From contig KZ987747.1 in NCBI GenBank assembly GCA_003614145.1, positions 1-32,229 on the forward strand: DNA of 32,229 bases, written 5' to 3'. Shown piece by piece: positions 29,034 through 32,229 of this stretch. A program made the position numbers and the translations under genes. This stretch comes from Piptocephalis cylindrospora. Lineage: Eukaryota. A model generated the notes under the pieces. It was not told where the DNA came from, searched no databases, and saw only the letters and a list, made by a program, of their open reading frames with translations. The number at the start of each line of letters is the position of its first letter. Positions within the stretch are counted from its first letter, which is position 1.

Positions 29034-31100
29034 TTAACTGAGACCCTGATCTTCCACAGGAACAGTGTCAATGTACTGCTGCAAGGCCACGATCCTCTTT
29101 AGGGGCTGGATCTTGTCCACCTTGCTATTGAAATCACATTTGTAGGCAGGAATAAATTGGTTAGTGCCTTTTTGAGCACATTCCCACCAGGTGAAGTCGA
29201 TAGGCTCGGCAGAGGCGGGGCAATTTTTGGTTTGGGGGTCGACCTCGACGATGGTAGAAGAGGTGAGATCCCTGCAGCCCACGAGGCCCAAATCATTGAT
29301 CAGCTGGGTGTTGTCCTCGCAACTGTAGGCATCCTGGACCATGGTGACATTACCGCGGGCAGATTCGCAAAAAGACGTACCACTATAGGCGGCGGCAGCG
29401 GGGAGGAGTCGGGCGCCAAAGGGGCAGATCCCTTGGTCATTCAGTTCACCAGGGGCACAGGACCATTCGGGCATGTTGATATACCTAGTGCCTGGGGGAC
29501 AATCTCGGTTGACGGGCTCAGCCAACCTAATCTCGTCTTTCTTGGCACATCCAACGTTGTTGCCGGGGAGGAGGACATCCATGGGATTGAGGCAGGTGGG
29601 GGCGGTGACAACGGTAATGTTCTGGGTGACACTCTCGCAATATATCCTATTCCCCTGACCCTGAGTTACTTGCTGCCCCGAATCCCCATTATTGCTCTGT
29701 CCGGTGGAGGTGCCGCTTTGGGAGGAGTCTTGATGGACTGAGACGAGACGCGTGCCAATGTCGACGTTTTGTTTTAACGGATTCCCCTGACCATCCACGG
29801 GCTGGTAGTCGGACATGTCAACGGGGATGCAGTTGGATCGACACCGAGGGAGGGGTAGGCCATCAAAGAAGCTATTCTGAAAATTGATGCATACAACCTG
29901 GCTTGAGGCAACTATGGTGGTCCCCTGGGCACAAACGCCCAGGGCAGGCACGGCGGTCAGGGTTCCCTTGGTGAGGTCCTTGCAGTAGGAGGAGGGGCCT
30001 AACATAGTAGAGTACGGGACGATTTTGTCTCCAACGGAACAATCGCTCCATATGGGGAAGCCCTGTTGATCCAAACACAAGTAATCCTCACCTACAACCA
30101 ATGCACTCCCTTGGGGGCATCCCTGCTCGAGGGTACCGCTAAAACTTTGTTGCTGAGGCTGAATACAAACAATCTTATCAAAAGAGGTCTGAGTGGATCC
30201 GGCTTGGCAGGTCGCCCCGGTAGTAACCTCCGTGACCTGAAGGGACTTTTCATCCTTGCAATAAACGGCATCCGAGGATCCAGAACGACGATTAGAGGTT
30301 GAGGGAGAGGAAGAATCGCCATTGTTGACGTTGTTGTCATTACTGACGTTGTTGTTGCCATTAATGACGTTCTTGCCATTGTTGACGCTGTTGCCATTAT
30401 TGACGTTGTTGAACACTTGAGAATTTCGCCCGGTAGGTGTATTGAGATTGGGGGCTGGTGTGGCGGAAAAGGAGGGTAATGGAGAGGCTGAAGAAAAAGA
30501 AGTGGCTGAGGGGTTGAATGTAGCGGTAAGACGGCTTCCAGCTGGGCATGAGGACCTGGCCGATCCTTGAGACACACACTGGTAATCATGGGAATGGACG
30601 GGGATGGCTGGAGAGGGGCAAGCGCCCTGAACGAGCTGGACACTGACCTGGTTGGAGGGGTCCATACAAAGTACGGCGGAAGCAGACAGACGAGAGGATG
30701 AGGCAGGGCAGGAGGGGATGGTGCTGGAGGTGTAGGACACGGTATGACTGGTCGCGTCATAGCAGTAGAGTCGGGCGAGAACATAACCGATTTGACAATC
30801 GAATGTGGGATTTCCCGAAGTGTCCAAACACTCAAAATCCTGCTGGTAGACGGAGGAGGACTGGAGTGGACATGCCTTATGCACTGCAGCCACCAAGGTG
30901 CCTGAGGCTTCGTCACGGCAAATAACCTGAGTCACTAAGGAAGAGCCAACAGGACACTGAGTGGATTGGCGGAAAAGGGTGACAATGAAGGTCTTTTGAT
31001 CTCGGCAAAAGATGTCGGACGCAGCGTCAGCCTGGCTGACCCAATGAAGACTGGCAAGGCCGTAGAGGATGGACAGGAGGGAGAGGGATGAAGGAAGCAT
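29034..31100 (-). CDS. Secreted cysteine-rich repeat protein B (688 aa; six ~80-aa modules with Ser/Asn- and Gln/Gly-rich linkers)
   Basis: Intronless ORF. Signal peptide MLPSSLSLLSILYGLASLHWVSQADA, then six modules starting IFCRD, LYCYD, VYCKD, SYCKD, IYCES and SFCES. Paralogous to 25067-26644. Confidence 0.92.
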   Translation of the reverse strand: MLPSSLSLLSILYGLASLHWVSQADAASDIFCRDQKTFIVTLFRQSTQCPVGSSLVTQVICRDEASGTLVAAVHKACPLQSSSVYQQDFECLDTSGNPTFDCQIGYVLARLYCYDATSHTVSYTSSTIPSCPASSSRLSASAVLCMDPSNQVSVQLVQGACPSPAIPVHSHDYQCVSQGSARSSCPAGSRLTATFNPSATSFSSASPLPSFSATPAPNLNTPTGRNSQVFNNVNNGNSVNNGKNVINGNNNVSNDNNVNNGDSSSPSTSNRRSGSSDAVYCKDEKSLQVTEVTTGATCQAGSTQTSFDKIVCIQPQQQSFSGTLEQGCPQGSALVVGEDYLCLDQQGFPIWSDCSVGDKIVPYSTMLGPSSYCKDLTKGTLTAVPALGVCAQGTTIVASSQVVCINFQNSFFDGLPLPRCRSNCIPVDMSDYQPVDGQGNPLKQNVDIGTRLVSVHQDSSQSGTSTGQSNNGDSGQQVTQGQGNRIYCESVTQNITVVTAPTCLNPMDVLLPGNNVGCAKKDEIRLAEPVNRDCPPGTRYINMPEWSCAPGELNDQGICPFGARLLPAAAAYSGTSFCESARGNVTMVQDAYSCEDNTQLINDLGLVGCRDLTSSTIVEVDPQTKNCPASAEPIDFTWWECAQKGTNQFIPAYKCDFNSKVDKIQPLKRIVALQQYIDTVPVEDQGLS
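30318..30415 (-). repeat. Asn-rich ~18-bp coding repeat (NNVNNG-type) in the linker of protein B
   Basis: NNVNNG NSVNNG KNVING NNNVSND NNVNNG. Confidence 0.8.
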
Positions 31101-31559
31101 CCAGTGCTTTGCGAATAGTAATGAAGTGGGCGAAAAAGAGAGGGTGGAGAAAGGAAATACTCTAGAGATGTAAGCTTCTCCAGGAAGGATACGGTGGGTG
31201 AGCGGATGAAGGGGATGACAGCTGCTTAGAGAAAGGCACAGGTACGACTATGTCTATCCAGGAACTGTAGCTTTGGTGGTGGAAGAGGGAGTGAGGGGGA
31301 GGAAGCCGTCTCCCAAGGGGTTGGGAGAAGGACGGATGGAGGGTGGGTGCTTGCCGGACAGAGGCGACAAAGGCACTGAGGTGATGGAGGAGGGAGCCGA
31401 TGGCGGGGTGAGTGGGGAGGACTTGTCCAAACAATCTTCACGGAAGAAGAGGAAGAGAAGGCAGATGAATGCGGGGGAGAGATGGAGAGAGAAGGGTGGA
31501 GACGGGATGAGTTGAAAGAAGAGAGCGATGCCGGACCGGTCTAGTCAGCAGGTAAAAGT

Positions 31560-31576
31560 GGGGGGGGGGGGGGGGG
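31560..31576 (+). repeat. Poly-G homopolymer (G17) upstream of protein B
   Basis: Read directly from the sequence. Confidence 0.9.
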
Positions 31577-32229
31577 AAGGATTTAAGCGGGGGTGATTGT
31601 AGAAGGAAAGAAGGCTAGTCGGGGCTATAAGAACCTGAAGCTGTGGCCGTGGTGGCTGACCTTGGTAGGGTAGAGGGAGGGCGGAGGCTGCTGCTGGCGG
31701 CTTGAGACAGTCGCATTGATGGCACTGGGGATCGGACGAGAGGCCAGAGCCTAACTATGCGAGCGGAGCTTTGTCTTCCTGCTGTAAAGGAGCGGACTTG
31801 GCCAGGTCGGACTTGCGGGGAAAAGAAAGGTATACTCAAAGGGCGTGTTAACACCCTGTTAACAAGGAGAGCTGATTAACGTTACTGGGAGAAATAAAAT
31901 GGGGTTTAACAGTTTTATATAGCCTAATTGGTTTTTAAGAGTATAGTAGTAATAGTAAACAAGCAGAGGATGGTGTTGTGTTGTAAATGGAGATCTGAAT
32001 CTCACGATGGAATTAGAAGGGCTTGAAATTTGGTCTTGGAAATCTTAATCAAGGTTTGGCTTTCTTTATCTTGAGGAATCTTGGATCGGCAAAATGGGAC
32101 TTGGGGACGTGTTCTTAACTGGAATCAATTCTTATCAAAGGGTATCTTAATCAGGGGAGGGTTCGCGAGGGAGGTGGGGATGGAAAAATGGAGGGAAATT
32201 TGACATGTATTCTTCAGACTGATGCAAAA

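Noticed and set aside
30092..30916. 274-aa alternative-frame ORF inside protein B
   Set aside because: Out-of-frame shadow with no recognisable protein features.

Overview
Eukaryotic, intron-rich fungal DNA with short (~60-130 nt) GT-AG introns. The gene style and a CUL2-type cullin suggest an early-diverging (non-Dikarya) fungus, possibly Zoopagomycota; this is inference only. The ORF track misses most genes because they are spliced, so I rebuilt them by hand. The left half is housekeeping: RPB12 (cut off by the window edge), MED27, SND2/TMEM208, RNA15/CSTF2, RRP1, the GEP3/NOA1 GTPase and a 13-exon cullin-2-like gene. From about 10 kb onward there are mostly intronless secreted or surface-protein genes: a Kex2-processed His-rich/beta-trefoil-like protein, a small pentapeptide-repeat protein, a GPI-anchored Kre9/Knh1-like protein, and an LEA-type 11-mer repeat protein fused to a degenerate MAPEG-like 4-TM domain. 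Two convergent paralogous secreted proteins are built from tandem copies of an unrecognised ~80-aa six-cysteine module. They flank tRNA-Glu(CTC) and SPC1 and share a repeated upstream CAAGTCC motif. The best novelty candidates are the six-Cys module family and the LEA-MAPEG fusion. I saw no mobile element, CRISPR array or rRNA.
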